64,000 bases of DNA from positions 13,301 to 77,300 of the forward strand of contig JAZJXT010000005.1 of the NCBI GenBank assembly GCA_040390725.1, read 5' to 3'. The stretch's first letter is position 1; the number at the start of each line of letters is the position of its first letter. Positions 52,763 to 63,463 of the stretch are shown piece after piece. A program made the translations under genes and the position numbers. The notes beneath the pieces are model-generated. The model worked only from the letters and a program-made list of their open reading frames with translations, was not told where the DNA came from and did no database searches. Source of the DNA: Patescibacteria group bacterium. Its GTDB lineage: Bacteria; Patescibacteriota; Minisyncoccia; Phycocordibacterales; UBA9973.

Positions 52763-54226
52763 ATGTCAAAAAAGTATTACACGACAATAGGGCTGGAGAT
52801 TCATGCGGAGTTGAAGACAAAGACAAAGATGTTTTGCTCTTGCAAGAATGATCCGGATGAAGAGAAGCCGAATGTGAATATTTGTCCGGTTTGCATGGCG
52901 CATCCGGGGACTTTGCCTGTGGCAAATAAAAAGGCTATTGAGAATGTTATCAAAGTCGGGCTGGCGCTTGATGCAAATATTGCGGACTTTTCGGAATTTG
53001 ACAGGAAGAACTATTTTTATCCGGACATACCGAAAGGGTATCAGATTTCACAATTTAAATATCCGATAGTTTCCGGCGGGAAATTGGCAGGGATGGAACT
53101 CACTCGTATACATTTGGAAGAAGACACAGGAACTTCAAAACACGACAAAGGCGATTTTTCTTTGGTTGATTTTAATCGCGCGGGTGTGCCATTAATGGAG
53201 CTAGTGACGGAAGCGCATACATTTGATAATCCGGAAGATGCGGCAAAAACTGCAAGTAATTTTGCAAAAGAATATCAGCTTTTGCTTTGGTATTTGGGAG
53301 CTTCAGAAGCGAATATGGAAAAAGGCGAGATGCGCGTCGAGGCGAATGTTTCCGTTAGTCCCGATAAAGATAAAAAATGGACTGCTTATGTGGAAGTGAA
53401 AAATTTGAACTCTTTTAAGAGCGTAGAAAAAGCTATCAAGTATGAAGTGGACAGGATGATAGAACTTTTTGAAGAAAGTAGGGAAAGTGAAATCGTCAAA
53501 GAAACTCGCGGTTGGGATGAAAATAAACAGAAAACTATTTCGCAGAGAAAAAAAGAAAATAGTCAGGATTATAGATATTTCCCCGATCCGGATCTTCCAA
53601 AAATGAAACTTCACGAAGCATTTGATTTGGAACAAATGAAAAAAGATTTGCCGGAAACTCCAGTGCAAAAACGTGCTCGATATAAAAATGATTATGGAAT
53701 TAAAGATGAAGATATCGAAGTTTATATAAATGATTTGGAATTAGGAAAATGGTTTGAAGGTGTGGCAAAAATTTTAGGCAAGGACCCCGAAGGAAAGAAT
53801 ACTTCCGACGGGGCAGGAAAAATAAAAACTGTATCGAATTATATTACATCGGATTATTTAGGTATAAAGAAATCTAACTTGGGAGCTAAGCTCCCAAGTG
53901 CGGAGAATTTTGCGGAATTGATAAACTTGGTCAGTGAAAATAAAATTTCTTCTCGCGCGGCGAAAGATATTTTAGCAATGATTGTAATAAATGACGAAAG
54001 CCCATTAAAAATAGCCACTGAAAAAGATTTATTACAGAAAAATGACGAGGGGGCTTTGAAAGAAATTGCACAGAAGATAATCGATGCGAATGTGAAAGTC
54101 GTCGCTGATTATAAAGGCGGAAAAGAAGTCGCTCTTATGTCGCTCGTTGGGCAAATGATGAAAGAGACAAAAGGGTCTGCGAATCCACAGGTCGCTAAAC
54201 AAATACTTATAAATTTGCTACAATAA
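52763..54226 (+). CDS. gatB: Asp-tRNA(Asn)/Glu-tRNA(Gln) amidotransferase subunit B
   Basis: TIGLEIHAEL, CSCKNDPDEEKPNVNICPVCMAHPGTLP and C-terminal YqeY-like domain. Confidence 0.93.
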   Translation: MSKKYYTTIGLEIHAELKTKTKMFCSCKNDPDEEKPNVNICPVCMAHPGTLPVANKKAIENVIKVGLALDANIADFSEFDRKNYFYPDIPKGYQISQFKYPIVSGGKLAGMELTRIHLEEDTGTSKHDKGDFSLVDFNRAGVPLMELVTEAHTFDNPEDAAKTASNFAKEYQLLLWYLGASEANMEKGEMRVEANVSVSPDKDKKWTAYVEVKNLNSFKSVEKAIKYEVDRMIELFEESRESEIVKETRGWDENKQKTISQRKKENSQDYRYFPDPDLPKMKLHEAFDLEQMKKDLPETPVQKRARYKNDYGIKDEDIEVYINDLELGKWFEGVAKILGKDPEGKNTSDGAGKIKTVSNYITSDYLGIKKSNLGAKLPSAENFAELINLVSENKISSRAAKDILAMIVINDESPLKIATEKDLLQKNDEGALKEIAQKIIDANVKVVADYKGGKEVALMSLVGQMMKETKGSANPQVAKQILINLLQ

Positions 54227-54227
54227 T

Positions 54228-55232
54228 TTGATGAATAAAGATGAATTAATTAAAACAGTTGCTCGATTGATGGCCGTGCCAAAAGGTATTTTGGCTATTG
54301 ATGAAAGTATCGAAACTTGCAATGGTCGTTTCGAGAAGCTTGGAATTCCTACGACTTTGGAAAAACGCCAAGAATGGCGTGAGCTTTTGGTAACAGCTCC
54401 AGATATTGAAAAATATGTTTCCGGATTTATTACTTTTGATGAAACTATTCGCCAGTCTACAGCTGATGGAAAAACTTTTGTTTCAGTTTTGCAGAGTAAA
54501 GGTATCGACGTCGGAATAAAGGTAGATAAAGGTTTGAAGGATTTGTCTTTGCATTCAGGTGATAAAATAACTGAAGGCCTCGACGGACTTCAAGACCGAA
54601 TGAAAGAATATAAAAATATGGGCGCAACTTTTGCAAAATGGCGTGCTGTTTTTGCTGTGGGTGATAATTTGCCGAGTGATGCTTGTATCAAGGCGAATGC
54701 AAATGCTCATGCGCGGTATGCATTGATTTGTCAGGAATACGATATAGTGCCTATAGTGGAGCCGGAGATTTTAATTACTGGCAGTCATTCTGTCGAGCAG
54801 TGTTATGAAGTTTCCGCGCGAGTATTAAAAATATTATTTGCAGAATTAAAAGCGTTGGATGTTTTCATGCCGGGGATTATTTTAAAAACAAGTATGATTA
54901 TCTCAGGACAAGACGCTTTGAATCGCGCGCCGAAAGAAAAAGTAGCCGATATGACGTTAAAATGTTTCAAAGAAAATGTACCTAATGATGTGGGTGGTAT
55001 AGCATTTCTTTCAGGCGGGCAGACCAATGAAGAATCTACAGAAAATTTGAATGAAATGCATAAAATGGGAAGTTTGCCTTGGGCTCTGACATTTTCTTAT
55101 GGACGAGGAATACAAAGTTCTGCTTTGAAGTATTGGGCAAGTAATCAAAATGACGTTGCCGGCGCGCAGGCGTTACTAGTGGCTTCTGCACGAGATAATA
55201 GCTTGGCAAGTATCGGAGAGTATAAAAAATAA
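54228..55232 (+). CDS. fbaB: class I fructose-bisphosphate aldolase
   Basis: GILAIDESIETCNGRF and the Schiff-base lysine context of eukaryotic-type class I FBA. Confidence 0.8.
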   Translation: MMNKDELIKTVARLMAVPKGILAIDESIETCNGRFEKLGIPTTLEKRQEWRELLVTAPDIEKYVSGFITFDETIRQSTADGKTFVSVLQSKGIDVGIKVDKGLKDLSLHSGDKITEGLDGLQDRMKEYKNMGATFAKWRAVFAVGDNLPSDACIKANANAHARYALICQEYDIVPIVEPEILITGSHSVEQCYEVSARVLKILFAELKALDVFMPGIILKTSMIISGQDALNRAPKEKVADMTLKCFKENVPNDVGGIAFLSGGQTNEESTENLNEMHKMGSLPWALTFSYGRGIQSSALKYWASNQNDVAGAQALLVASARDNSLASIGEYKK

Positions 55233-55238
55233 AAATTT

Positions 55239-56954
55239 GTGAAAGAAGAAATTTTGAAATTTTTTAAAGGGGAAGTGGAAAATGATGATGAGACCCTTTC
55301 GAAGTATTCGCATGATGCGAGTATTTTTACCGTTCGACCGCAAGTAGTTTGTTTCCCGAAAGATTCAGAAGATGTGCAGAATTTAGTGAAATGGGTGGAT
55401 GAAAATACTGAAAAGTATAAGGGGCTTTCCATTACTGCACGATGCGCCGGTACGGACATGTCTGGGGGCTCTATAAATGAATCAATTATTTTGGATTTTA
55501 CAAGGCATATGAATCAATTAATTGCATGGGGCGAAAGTGCTATTACTGTGCAACCCGGTATGTTTTACAGAGATTTTGAAAAAATAACTTTGGAGAAAAA
55601 TTTAATTTTGCCATGCTATACTGCTTCGAAAAATATCAATGCAATGGGTGGTATGTATGGCAATAATTCCGCAGGTGAGAGGACTTTGAGTTATGGCAAG
55701 ACTGAGGATTATGTGATGGAAGCAAAAGTTGTATTTGCGGATGGAGTGGAAAGAATAGTAAAGCCCGTGCCTCTCGAAGATATTTCAAAACAAGAATATA
55801 TTTACAGAAAAGTTTATGATTTAATAAAAGAAAATGAAGAAGAAATAAAAAATGCAAAGCCGAATGTCCACAAAAATTCCGCGGGGTATTATTTGTGGAA
55901 TGTTATAAAAAGTCGTCCTGTAGAAAATTCCTCCGGCTTGACCCTTCCCGGATTATCGGGTGGGACCCACACCGTTCAGAATTCTCCACAGGGCGACTTT
56001 TTTGACTTGAATAGACTTCTCGTCGGTTCGCAAGGCACACTCGGTATAGCTACGGAAATAACTTTTAAATTAGTAAAACCGAAACCTTATACGAATTTGG
56101 TAGTGGTATTTTTGCGAGATATGAGTATCTTGCCGGATTTGGTAAACAAAATTTTGAAATTTAATCCTCAGACTATCGAGACCTATGATGACAAGACTTT
56201 TTTACTTGTCTTGAAATACATTTATAGTTTTATAAAATTATTAGGATTTAAAAATTTCTTCAAACTTATTTTTTCTTTCGGACCGGAAACGATGATGACT
56301 TTGCGACACGGTTTCCCTAGATTGATAATGCTTGTAGAATTTACCGGAGATACTGAAAATGAAACAAATAAAAAAACACAAGATGCTTTGGTTGAATTAA
56401 AAAAGATAAAAAAAATAGGTGTGCATTTAGCAAAAAATGAATTTGAGGCAAAGAAATATTGGACTATTCGCCGCGAAGCTTTTAATCTGATTCGTTATCA
56501 TTTGAAGAAACAAAAATCAGAACCTTTTGTGGATGATGTGATAGTGCGTCCGGAAAAACTACCGGAATTTTTCCCAGCAGTTTATAAAATTTTAAATGAA
56601 TATAAAGATAAAATGACTTTTGCTGTGGGCGGACACGCCGGCGATGGCAATATGCATATTTACACATTGCTCGATCCAAAAGAGCCCGCACTCAAAGACA
56701 TAGTGATGGATGTGTCTGAAAAAGTTTATGACCTCGTCGCGCGCCTTGGCGGATCAATCACAGCTGAACACAATGACGGCATTATTCGCACGCCATTTTT
56801 GGAAAAAATGTATAGTCCAAAAATTTTAGAATTATTTAAGGAAGTGAAAGAAATATTTGACCCGAAATATATTTTTAATCCTGGTAAAAAAGTCCCCATG
56901 CCCGGTGCTCAGATAGGCGGTAAAGAATACATCGCGGCTCACATTACCAAGTAA
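55239..56954 (+). CDS. FAD-binding oxidoreductase (FAD-linked oxidase, GlcD / D-lactate dehydrogenase family)
   Basis: PCMH-type FAD-binding N-terminal domain plus FAD-oxidase C-terminal domain (ITAEHNDGIIRTPF). Confidence 0.7.
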   Translation: MKEEILKFFKGEVENDDETLSKYSHDASIFTVRPQVVCFPKDSEDVQNLVKWVDENTEKYKGLSITARCAGTDMSGGSINESIILDFTRHMNQLIAWGESAITVQPGMFYRDFEKITLEKNLILPCYTASKNINAMGGMYGNNSAGERTLSYGKTEDYVMEAKVVFADGVERIVKPVPLEDISKQEYIYRKVYDLIKENEEEIKNAKPNVHKNSAGYYLWNVIKSRPVENSSGLTLPGLSGGTHTVQNSPQGDFFDLNRLLVGSQGTLGIATEITFKLVKPKPYTNLVVVFLRDMSILPDLVNKILKFNPQTIETYDDKTFLLVLKYIYSFIKLLGFKNFFKLIFSFGPETMMTLRHGFPRLIMLVEFTGDTENETNKKTQDALVELKKIKKIGVHLAKNEFEAKKYWTIRREAFNLIRYHLKKQKSEPFVDDVIVRPEKLPEFFPAVYKILNEYKDKMTFAVGGHAGDGNMHIYTLLDPKEPALKDIVMDVSEKVYDLVARLGGSITAEHNDGIIRTPFLEKMYSPKILELFKEVKEIFDPKYIFNPGKKVPMPGAQIGGKEYIAAHITK

Positions 56955-56991
56955 AATTTGCATTTTTTAAAAATTTGTATATAATAGCTGA

Positions 56992-57630
56992 ATGTTTAAA
57001 TTAACGGCAAAAAATAGAGATGGTAAAGAGAATTTGACTAAAATGCGACTAGCGGGGGAATTGCCTGCAGTATTTTACGGAATGGGTAAAAAGACCACTT
57101 CTATTTCTGTTTCTAAAATTGAGTTTAAAAAAGTTTGGCACAAGGCTGGGGAGTCTTCGACTGTGACTCTCACTACTCCGGATGGAGTTGTGGATGTTCT
57201 TATTCACGAAGTCCAGGTAGACCCTATTACTGACGAGCCTACACACATTGATTTCCTAGTAGTTGATATGAACAAGAAATTAAAGGTTAATGTACCGTTA
57301 GTTTTCGAAGGTATTTCTGCTGCTGTAAAGAGTGGTGTAGGTACTCTCGTAAAAGTTCTCCACGAAGTCGAAGTCGAAGGTCTACCAAAAGATTTACCTC
57401 ACGATATTATCGTTGATATTTCCAAATTAGCAGAATTGCACAGCCAGATTTTGGTTTCTGATCTTAGCCTTGGAAAAGGTGTAGAAATGATCACTAAAGG
57501 TACTGAAGTTGTAGCATCTATCGCAGAACAAAAAGAAGAAAAAGAAGAAACCAACGAACCAGTTGATTTATCTAAAATAGAAGTTGAAAAGAAAGGCAAG
57601 AAAGAAGAGGAGGTTCCAGCTGCTGAATAA
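56992..57630 (+). CDS. rplY: 50S ribosomal protein L25/general stress protein Ctc
   Basis: LTAKNRDGKENLTKMRLAGELPAVFYG and beta-barrel C-terminus with acidic tail. Confidence 0.85.
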   Translation: MFKLTAKNRDGKENLTKMRLAGELPAVFYGMGKKTTSISVSKIEFKKVWHKAGESSTVTLTTPDGVVDVLIHEVQVDPITDEPTHIDFLVVDMNKKLKVNVPLVFEGISAAVKSGVGTLVKVLHEVEVEGLPKDLPHDIIVDISKLAELHSQILVSDLSLGKGVEMITKGTEVVASIAEQKEEKEETNEPVDLSKIEVEKKGKKEEEVPAAE

Positions 57631-57660
57631 AATATTTAAATTTTATGCTATACTAAAGCT

Positions 57661-59016
57661 ATGACAAAACAGACAGTCATAGCTTTTTTTGTTGCGATAT
57701 TTTTACTGTCGGGTATTTCGGCGCGGATGGTACGAGCGGATGCTGATTGCTCTGATAAAACTTATGCGCAAAATAATGAATCGGCTTGCAGGGGCGAGCT
57801 CGACCAGCTCTTGAAAGACGAGGCTGATCTCGAGGCAAAATTAAAAGAGCAAAATAAACAAACAGGAACATTGAAAGGGGATGTGACGGCTTTGACGACG
57901 CAGATAAATGCTTTAAAAACAAAAATAAAAGCGCGAGGCCTGGTGATAGCACAGCTCAAAGTTTCCATCACAGAAAAAGTGGCTAGGATAGATGCATTGA
58001 CTACTAAAATAGACCGCGAGCATGCATCACTTGCACAGCTCTTGCGTAATACAAATGAATTCGACAATGATAATCTCGTACATGTAGTTTTGTCGGATAA
58101 AAGTATTTCGAATTTTTATCAAGATCTGGATTCTTATGCTTCTATAAAAGATGCTATTAAATTTTCTGTTCAACAAGTGACAGGAGTAAAAGTAGAAACA
58201 GAGGCGCAGAAAAAAGATTTGGAAACTAAAAAAAATGCAGAGACCGACGCGCAGGCGCAACTACAAGATGCACAAAAACAAGTAGCACAAACAGAAGCAG
58301 AAAAAAAACAACTCCTAGCTATTTCAAAAAGTAAAGAAACAGAATACACAAAACTCGCCGCTGAGAAAAAAATAAGAGCAGGGAAAATAAAAGCTGCGCT
58401 TTTCAGATTGCGTGATACAAATGCAATACCTTTCAGTGTGGCATTGGAATATGCAAATATTGCTTCGCAAAAAACAGGTGTACGCCCAGCATTTATTTTG
58501 GGAATTTTAACACAAGAGAGTAATCTAGGTACCGACCAAGGTTCTTGTTATTTGACTGATAAATATAGCGGGGCGGGGATATCTTCAAAGAGTGGCAGGT
58601 CCTTTGGTAAAGTTATGAGTCCTACTCGTGATGTGCCTCCATTTTTTGATATTACAAGTTCCCTTGGTTTGGATCCTTTTAAGACTCTCGTGTCTTGTCC
58701 TATTGGCGGGTATGGTTGGGGCGGGGCAATGGGTCCGGCACAATTTATTCCTTCTACTTGGATAGGTATTGCAAATAAAGTTGCCGGAGCATTAGGCATA
58801 TCCAGTGCTGACCCATGGGAACCTCGAGATGCATTTATGGCGTCAGGAATTTTCTTGGCTGATTTGGGTGCGACATCCGGCAGTTTTTCTTCTGAGATGC
58901 GAGCAGCTTGTAAATATTATGGTACGGGAGGGTCGAGTTGTGCTTATGGCAGGAGTGTAATGAAAAAAACCGCTGACATCCAAGACAATATAAACTTTAT
59001 TGAAAAAAATAAATAA
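57661..59016 (+). CDS. secreted coiled-coil protein with C-terminal lytic transglycosylase domain (PcsB-like architecture)
   Basis: Signal peptide, ~230-aa coiled coil, then LGILTQESNLG (catalytic ES) and GPAQFIPSTW (the GPMQFMPSTW hallmark). Confidence 0.7.
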   Translation: MTKQTVIAFFVAIFLLSGISARMVRADADCSDKTYAQNNESACRGELDQLLKDEADLEAKLKEQNKQTGTLKGDVTALTTQINALKTKIKARGLVIAQLKVSITEKVARIDALTTKIDREHASLAQLLRNTNEFDNDNLVHVVLSDKSISNFYQDLDSYASIKDAIKFSVQQVTGVKVETEAQKKDLETKKNAETDAQAQLQDAQKQVAQTEAEKKQLLAISKSKETEYTKLAAEKKIRAGKIKAALFRLRDTNAIPFSVALEYANIASQKTGVRPAFILGILTQESNLGTDQGSCYLTDKYSGAGISSKSGRSFGKVMSPTRDVPPFFDITSSLGLDPFKTLVSCPIGGYGWGGAMGPAQFIPSTWIGIANKVAGALGISSADPWEPRDAFMASGIFLADLGATSGSFSSEMRAACKYYGTGGSSCAYGRSVMKKTADIQDNINFIEKNK

Positions 59017-59028
59017 CCAATTTATTCT

Positions 59029-59808
59029 GTGAAAAATTATAATTATAAAATTAATCTGGGTCTAATTATTTTCTTCTTTTTTTTTATATGCGCGACGAAT
59101 GTTTTTGCTGTTACAGAAATTACTAAAAAAAGCACAGCATACCAAGTACCTATTTTAGTTTATCATTCTTTCGGTCCAATGCATTTTAAAACGGAAAGCA
59201 ATATGCAAAAACATTATCGAGTGACTGCGAGTGCTTTTGAAAATCAGATGAAATATTTATCAGAAAATAATTATCATCCCATAAGTTTTGCTGATTATGT
59301 TAAAAGTTTAAAAAATAATACGGTGTTACCGGAGAAGGCAGTTATTCTAACTTTTGATGACGGATGGAAAACTCAATATACTTACGCCGTGCCTGTTTTA
59401 GAAAAATACCACTTTACGGCAACTTTTTTTATTGTCACTAAAACAATTGGCGGAGCTTTTATGAACTGGGATAATTTGAAAGATTTGGTGGCGAAAGGTT
59501 TTGATATTGAATCGCATACTCAAACGCACCCCTTTCTTACAAAAGTCAGTTCGGATAAATTAAAAGATGAAGTAACTTTGAGTAAAAAAACTCTCGAAGA
59601 AAAACTCGGTATAAAAGTGACTACTATTGCATATCCGAATTATCTGCAAAATCAAACAGTGCGTGATGCCGTAAAAACTGCCGGTTATGATGGCGCTCGT
59701 GGTGGCTGGGCTAAATTCAAGAATTCTACGGAACATATTTATGAATTAACTTCGCAAGAAGCGGTAAATAACCCAAATCCTTTTTTGAGTAAACGCCTAC
59801 CGGATTAG
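59029..59808 (+). CDS. polysaccharide deacetylase family protein (NodB homology domain)
   Basis: Signal peptide; TFDDGW motif; HTQTHP His motif. Confidence 0.8.
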   Translation: MKNYNYKINLGLIIFFFFFICATNVFAVTEITKKSTAYQVPILVYHSFGPMHFKTESNMQKHYRVTASAFENQMKYLSENNYHPISFADYVKSLKNNTVLPEKAVILTFDDGWKTQYTYAVPVLEKYHFTATFFIVTKTIGGAFMNWDNLKDLVAKGFDIESHTQTHPFLTKVSSDKLKDEVTLSKKTLEEKLGIKVTTIAYPNYLQNQTVRDAVKTAGYDGARGGWAKFKNSTEHIYELTSQEAVNNPNPFLSKRLPD

Positions 59809-59858
59809 TTAAATTTACTCGATTTGCAAAAGATTTTAATGTGTGATAAGCTCTTCAT

Positions 59859-60080
59859 ATGCAAAAAGCAATACATCCAAAATACAGCGATAAAACAAAG
59901 GCGACCTGCGCTTGCGGGGCGGTCTTTGAAGTCGGCTCAACTATGCCTGAAGTAACAGTGGAAATCTGCAGTCAATGCCACCCTTTTTATACTGGTAATG
60001 AAAAAGTTCTAGATACTGCCGGACGAGTAAATCGCTTCAACAAGCGCCGAGCCGCAGCTCCTGTAAAAGCTAAGAAGTAA
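59859..60080 (+). CDS. rpmE: 50S ribosomal protein L31
   Basis: MQKAIHPKY...CACGAVF...[27 protein letters not shown]. Confidence 0.92.
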   Translation: MQKAIHPKYSDKTKATCACGAVFEVGSTMPEVTVEICSQCHPFYTGNEKVLDTAGRVNRFNKRRAAAPVKAKK

Positions 60081-60085
60081 ACGAT

Positions 60086-60169
60086 TACCCTGTTGAAGAA
60101 TTTTTGCGCCTTCGCCCTCGGAGACATAGGACAGGGAACCCACGACGCTTTAAATTCTTCAACAGGGTA
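60086..60169 (+). other. 18-bp perfect inverted repeat with GC-rich 48-nt loop followed by a T-run (unusually large terminator or REP/MITE-like element)
   Basis: taccctgttgaagaattt (60086-60103) / aaattcttcaacagggta (60152-60169); loop ttgcgccttcgccctcggagacataggacagggaacccacgacgcttt; then ttttcgtg. Confidence 0.6.
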
Positions 60170-60190
60170 TTTTCGTGATTAAAAATATTT

Positions 60191-61162
60191 ATGAACTTAG
60201 ATCTCGAAGAATTAAAAAAAAATCACAAGACTAATTATTTGGCGGGTGTTTTAGAGCGGTTGAATAGAGAAGAATCAGAAGTACGGGATATGCTGGATAG
60301 TGATGCATCTTTACATGAAATGGCGTCCGCAGAATTGAAAACTATTCAAGAACAAAAAGATACGACAGAAAAACAAATTCAAGATATTTTAGATAAAGAA
60401 AAAGAGGAAGAAGAAATAACAAATGAAATAGTTTTGGAAGTGCGAGCAGGTGCCGGTGGAGATGAAGCGTCTCTTTTTGCGTGGAGGCTCGCGCATATGT
60501 ATGAGAAATTTGCCGAGGCAAAAGGCTGGCAATGGCATACGAATTATGAATCCAAAAGTGATGTAGATGGTTACAAAGAAGCGAGCTTTGAAATAAAAGG
60601 AAAAGGCGTGTACGATATGTTGCGTTATGAGACTGGCGTGCACAGAGTGCAGAGAATTCCTTCTACGGAAAAAAACGGACGAGTGCATACATCTACGGCG
60701 TCAGTAGCAGTTTTACCGATTCGCAAAAAAGTTAATTTTGAAATCAATCCAGCTGACCTCGAAATGGAATATTCTCGTTCCGGTGGAAAAGGCGGGCAGA
60801 ATGTGAATAAAGTTGAAACTGCTGTGCGTTTGATTCACAAGCCTACAGGCCTCGATGTGCGTTCTACAAATGAACGTAGTCAGCAAGCGAATCGTGAGAG
60901 AGCATTATCTATTTTGACCGCAAAAATTCAGCAATTAAAAGAAGAAGAAGAAGCGAAAAAATATTCTGGTGAGCGCAAAGCGCAAATAGGCACAGGGGAC
61001 AGAAGTGAGAAAATCCGCACTTATAATTTTCCTCAAGACCGCATCACCGACCATCGTATCAAAAAATCTTGGCATAACTTGCCGAAAATAATGGAAGGTG
61101 AAATAGCAGAAATAATCGAAGCCATAAACTCCGGCGAGACAGGGGACGAAGAAGAGGAATAA
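60191..61162 (+). CDS. prfA: peptide chain release factor 1
   Basis: GGQ motif ([11 protein letters not shown]); RF1-type tripeptide PST ([14 protein letters not shown]). Confidence 0.92.
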   Translation: MNLDLEELKKNHKTNYLAGVLERLNREESEVRDMLDSDASLHEMASAELKTIQEQKDTTEKQIQDILDKEKEEEEITNEIVLEVRAGAGGDEASLFAWRLAHMYEKFAEAKGWQWHTNYESKSDVDGYKEASFEIKGKGVYDMLRYETGVHRVQRIPSTEKNGRVHTSTASVAVLPIRKKVNFEINPADLEMEYSRSGGKGGQNVNKVETAVRLIHKPTGLDVRSTNERSQQANRERALSILTAKIQQLKEEEEAKKYSGERKAQIGTGDRSEKIRTYNFPQDRITDHRIKKSWHNLPKIMEGEIAEIIEAINSGETGDEEEE

Positions 61163-61198
61163 TTTTTATTTTTTCTATAAAAATGCTAATATATAAGG

Positions 61199-61969
61199 GT
61201 GGAAAATGAAGTTTTAGAAAATGCTTATGTCATAAAAACTGCCGGATTTGAAGGCCCTTTTGGGCTTCTTTTGAATTTGATTGAGGCTCGGAAACTTTTT
61301 GTGAATGATATTTCGTTGGCGCAAGTTACTGAGGATTATTTGAAATATGTGAATAATTTAGGTGGTTTGAGTCCTGCTGAAGTTTCAAGTTTTGTGGTAG
61401 TAGCGGCGACTTTAATTTTAATAAAATCAAAATCACTTTTGCCGAATTTAGCTCTGACTGATGAAGAAGAAAGTGACATTAAAAATCTGGAAGACAGATT
61501 AAAACTTTATGAAATTTATTCAAAACTATCTTTGAATATTAAAGAAAATTTTGGGAAGAAAATAATTTTTGCTCCATTAGAAAGAAAAAACGATATTCTA
61601 GTATTTTTACCGGATGATCAAATAACAAAAGAAAGTATGATGATGTTTGTAGAAGGCGCATTGGGTAGAATGCCAAAGAAAACTTTCTTGCCGGAAGTAG
61701 AAGTAAAAAAAGTTATCAGTATTGAGGAAATGATAGATAAATTGACAGCGAGGATTCAGGACAGCTTGCGGATGAATTTCAAAGATTTTGCAGGTGGTGC
61801 ACAAACAAAAGAAGAAAGAGTGGTTGTGATTGTTGGGTTTCTTGCTATGCTAGAATTAGTGCGTGGAGGAATATTGAATGCCATGCAGGATAATAATTTT
61901 GAAGATATTATAATTGAGAAATCTGCTCCAGTAGAATTGGAGCAAGTGGAAATAATAGTAGAAAATTAA
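61199..61969 (+). CDS. scpA: segregation and condensation protein A
   Basis: FEGPFGLLLNLIEARKLFVNDISLAQVTEDYLKY matches the ScpA N-terminus. GTG start 61199 lies 6 nt after TGcTAATAT -10 (61184-61192). Confidence 0.8.
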   Translation: MENEVLENAYVIKTAGFEGPFGLLLNLIEARKLFVNDISLAQVTEDYLKYVNNLGGLSPAEVSSFVVVAATLILIKSKSLLPNLALTDEEESDIKNLEDRLKLYEIYSKLSLNIKENFGKKIIFAPLERKNDILVFLPDDQITKESMMMFVEGALGRMPKKTFLPEVEVKKVISIEEMIDKLTARIQDSLRMNFKDFAGGAQTKEERVVVIVGFLAMLELVRGGILNAMQDNNFEDIIIEKSAPVELEQVEIIVEN

Positions 61970-61973
61970 TTTT

Positions 61974-62546
61974 ATGAATATTGAACAAAAAATAGAAGCA
62001 TTACTTTTCTGGAAAGGCGAGCCATTGTCACGAAAAAAACTTTCAGAAATTTTGGAAGTCGGTCAAAACGAAATCAACGAAGGAATAGAAAAATTAAAAG
62101 AGAGTTTGTCAGGTCGGGGGATTGTTTTACAAGAAAAAGAAAATGAGATAACGCTAGGTACAATGCCTGAGCTATCGGAACTTTTTGAAAAATTACAGAA
62201 AGAGGAATTGAATAGAGAATTATCAAAAGCAAGCCTCGAGACTTTGTCTATTCTTTTATATAAAAATGGTGCGAGTCGGGCAGAGATTGATTATATTCGA
62301 GGGGTGAATTCTAGCTTTATTTTGCGAGCTTTGGCCATACGTGGGCTTGTGGAAAAAGTTATTGATACAGCAGATAATCGTAGATATATTTACAAGCCGA
62401 CTTTTGATTTGTTGTCATTTATGGGAGTAAAATCAGTAGAGGAATTGCCGGGGTATGCTGAATTAAATGGAGCGATTGAAAATACGTCAGAGGAATTAGC
62501 AAAAGAGGAAATACTGAGAGAAGAAAATGGAGCAGATCCAGAATAA
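61974..62546 (+). CDS. scpB: segregation and condensation protein B
   Basis: Tandem winged-helix ScpB (IEALLFWKGEPLSRKKLSEIL, ASRAEIDYIRGVNSSFILRAL). Confidence 0.85.
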   Translation: MNIEQKIEALLFWKGEPLSRKKLSEILEVGQNEINEGIEKLKESLSGRGIVLQEKENEITLGTMPELSELFEKLQKEELNRELSKASLETLSILLYKNGASRAEIDYIRGVNSSFILRALAIRGLVEKVIDTADNRRYIYKPTFDLLSFMGVKSVEELPGYAELNGAIENTSEELAKEEILREENGADPE

Positions 62547-63423
62547 AAAATATCTTTATATATTTATAATTGTTTGCGTACTTTTGCAGGCAGTTTTATT
62601 TTCCTTTGGTAATTTTAAAGTTACTCACGAATTTAATCGTGAAGAAAAAAAGTTTACACAAATGCAAAATGCCCTGGTGGGTGTAAACGTCGAAGCAAAA
62701 GCATTTTCTGTTTATGATATTACTACAAATAAAGAAATTTATGGCAAAAATCAAAATATGCCATTTCCTTTGGCTTCGCTGGTAAAGACGATGACTGTAC
62801 TGGCAGTACTTGATAAGAAAAATTTAGATGAAGTTGTTTCTATTTCTCATGATGCAATTTCTCAAAAAGAAGATAGTGGACTTTTTAGAGGCGAGAAATG
62901 GAAAATGGGGGATTTGGCGCGCTTAACCTTGATTTCTTCTGCGAATGATGGCGCCTATGCTCTTTCTGAAACTGATGAAAATATTTTAGAAAAAATGAAT
63001 GCAAAAGCGAAAAGACTAGGCATGCATAATACTAATTTTTTAAATGCTACGGGATTAGATATTGATAAAAATACTGTGGGCGCGTATGGGTCAGCGTTCG
63101 ATATGAATATCATGGCCAGTTTTGCATTAAAGGCCTTGCCGGAGATTTTTCATGTTACAACTTTATCGGAAATAACTTTGACTTCTGATTCCGGTTTTGT
63201 TCATAATGTAAAAAATACTGACACAATAACTGAGAAAATTCCAAATATACTTTTTTCTAAAACAGGCTATACGGACATAACAGGAGGGAATTTATCTATA
63301 ATTTTTAAAAATAAAAATGGCCATGATATTGCTATCACCGTGCTCGGCTCTACTTTTTTGGGTCGTTTTTCTGATATGGAAAATTTAGTCAATGCGTTAT
63401 ATAATTTAAATTTTGAAAATTAA
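62527..63423 (+). CDS. serine-type D-Ala-D-Ala carboxypeptidase (PBP5/DacA-like), membrane-anchored
   Basis: SLVKTMT (SxxK), SSAND (SxN), KTGYT (KTG). Confidence 0.85.
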   Translation: MEQIQNKKYLYIFIIVCVLLQAVLFSFGNFKVTHEFNREEKKFTQMQNALVGVNVEAKAFSVYDITTNKEIYGKNQNMPFPLASLVKTMTVLAVLDKKNLDEVVSISHDAISQKEDSGLFRGEKWKMGDLARLTLISSANDGAYALSETDENILEKMNAKAKRLGMHNTNFLNATGLDIDKNTVGAYGSAFDMNIMASFALKALPEIFHVTTLSEITLTSDSGFVHNVKNTDTITEKIPNILFSKTGYTDITGGNLSIIFKNKNGHDIAITVLGSTFLGRFSDMENLVNALYNLNFEN

Positions 63424-63452
63424 AAACACCCTTTAAGGTCGGGGTGTTTTTA
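63424..63452. terminator. bidirectional rho-independent terminator
   Basis: aaaacaccctttaaggtcggggtgttttt lies between convergent genes. Confidence 0.65.
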
Positions 63453-63463
63453 ATCTGTGTTTT

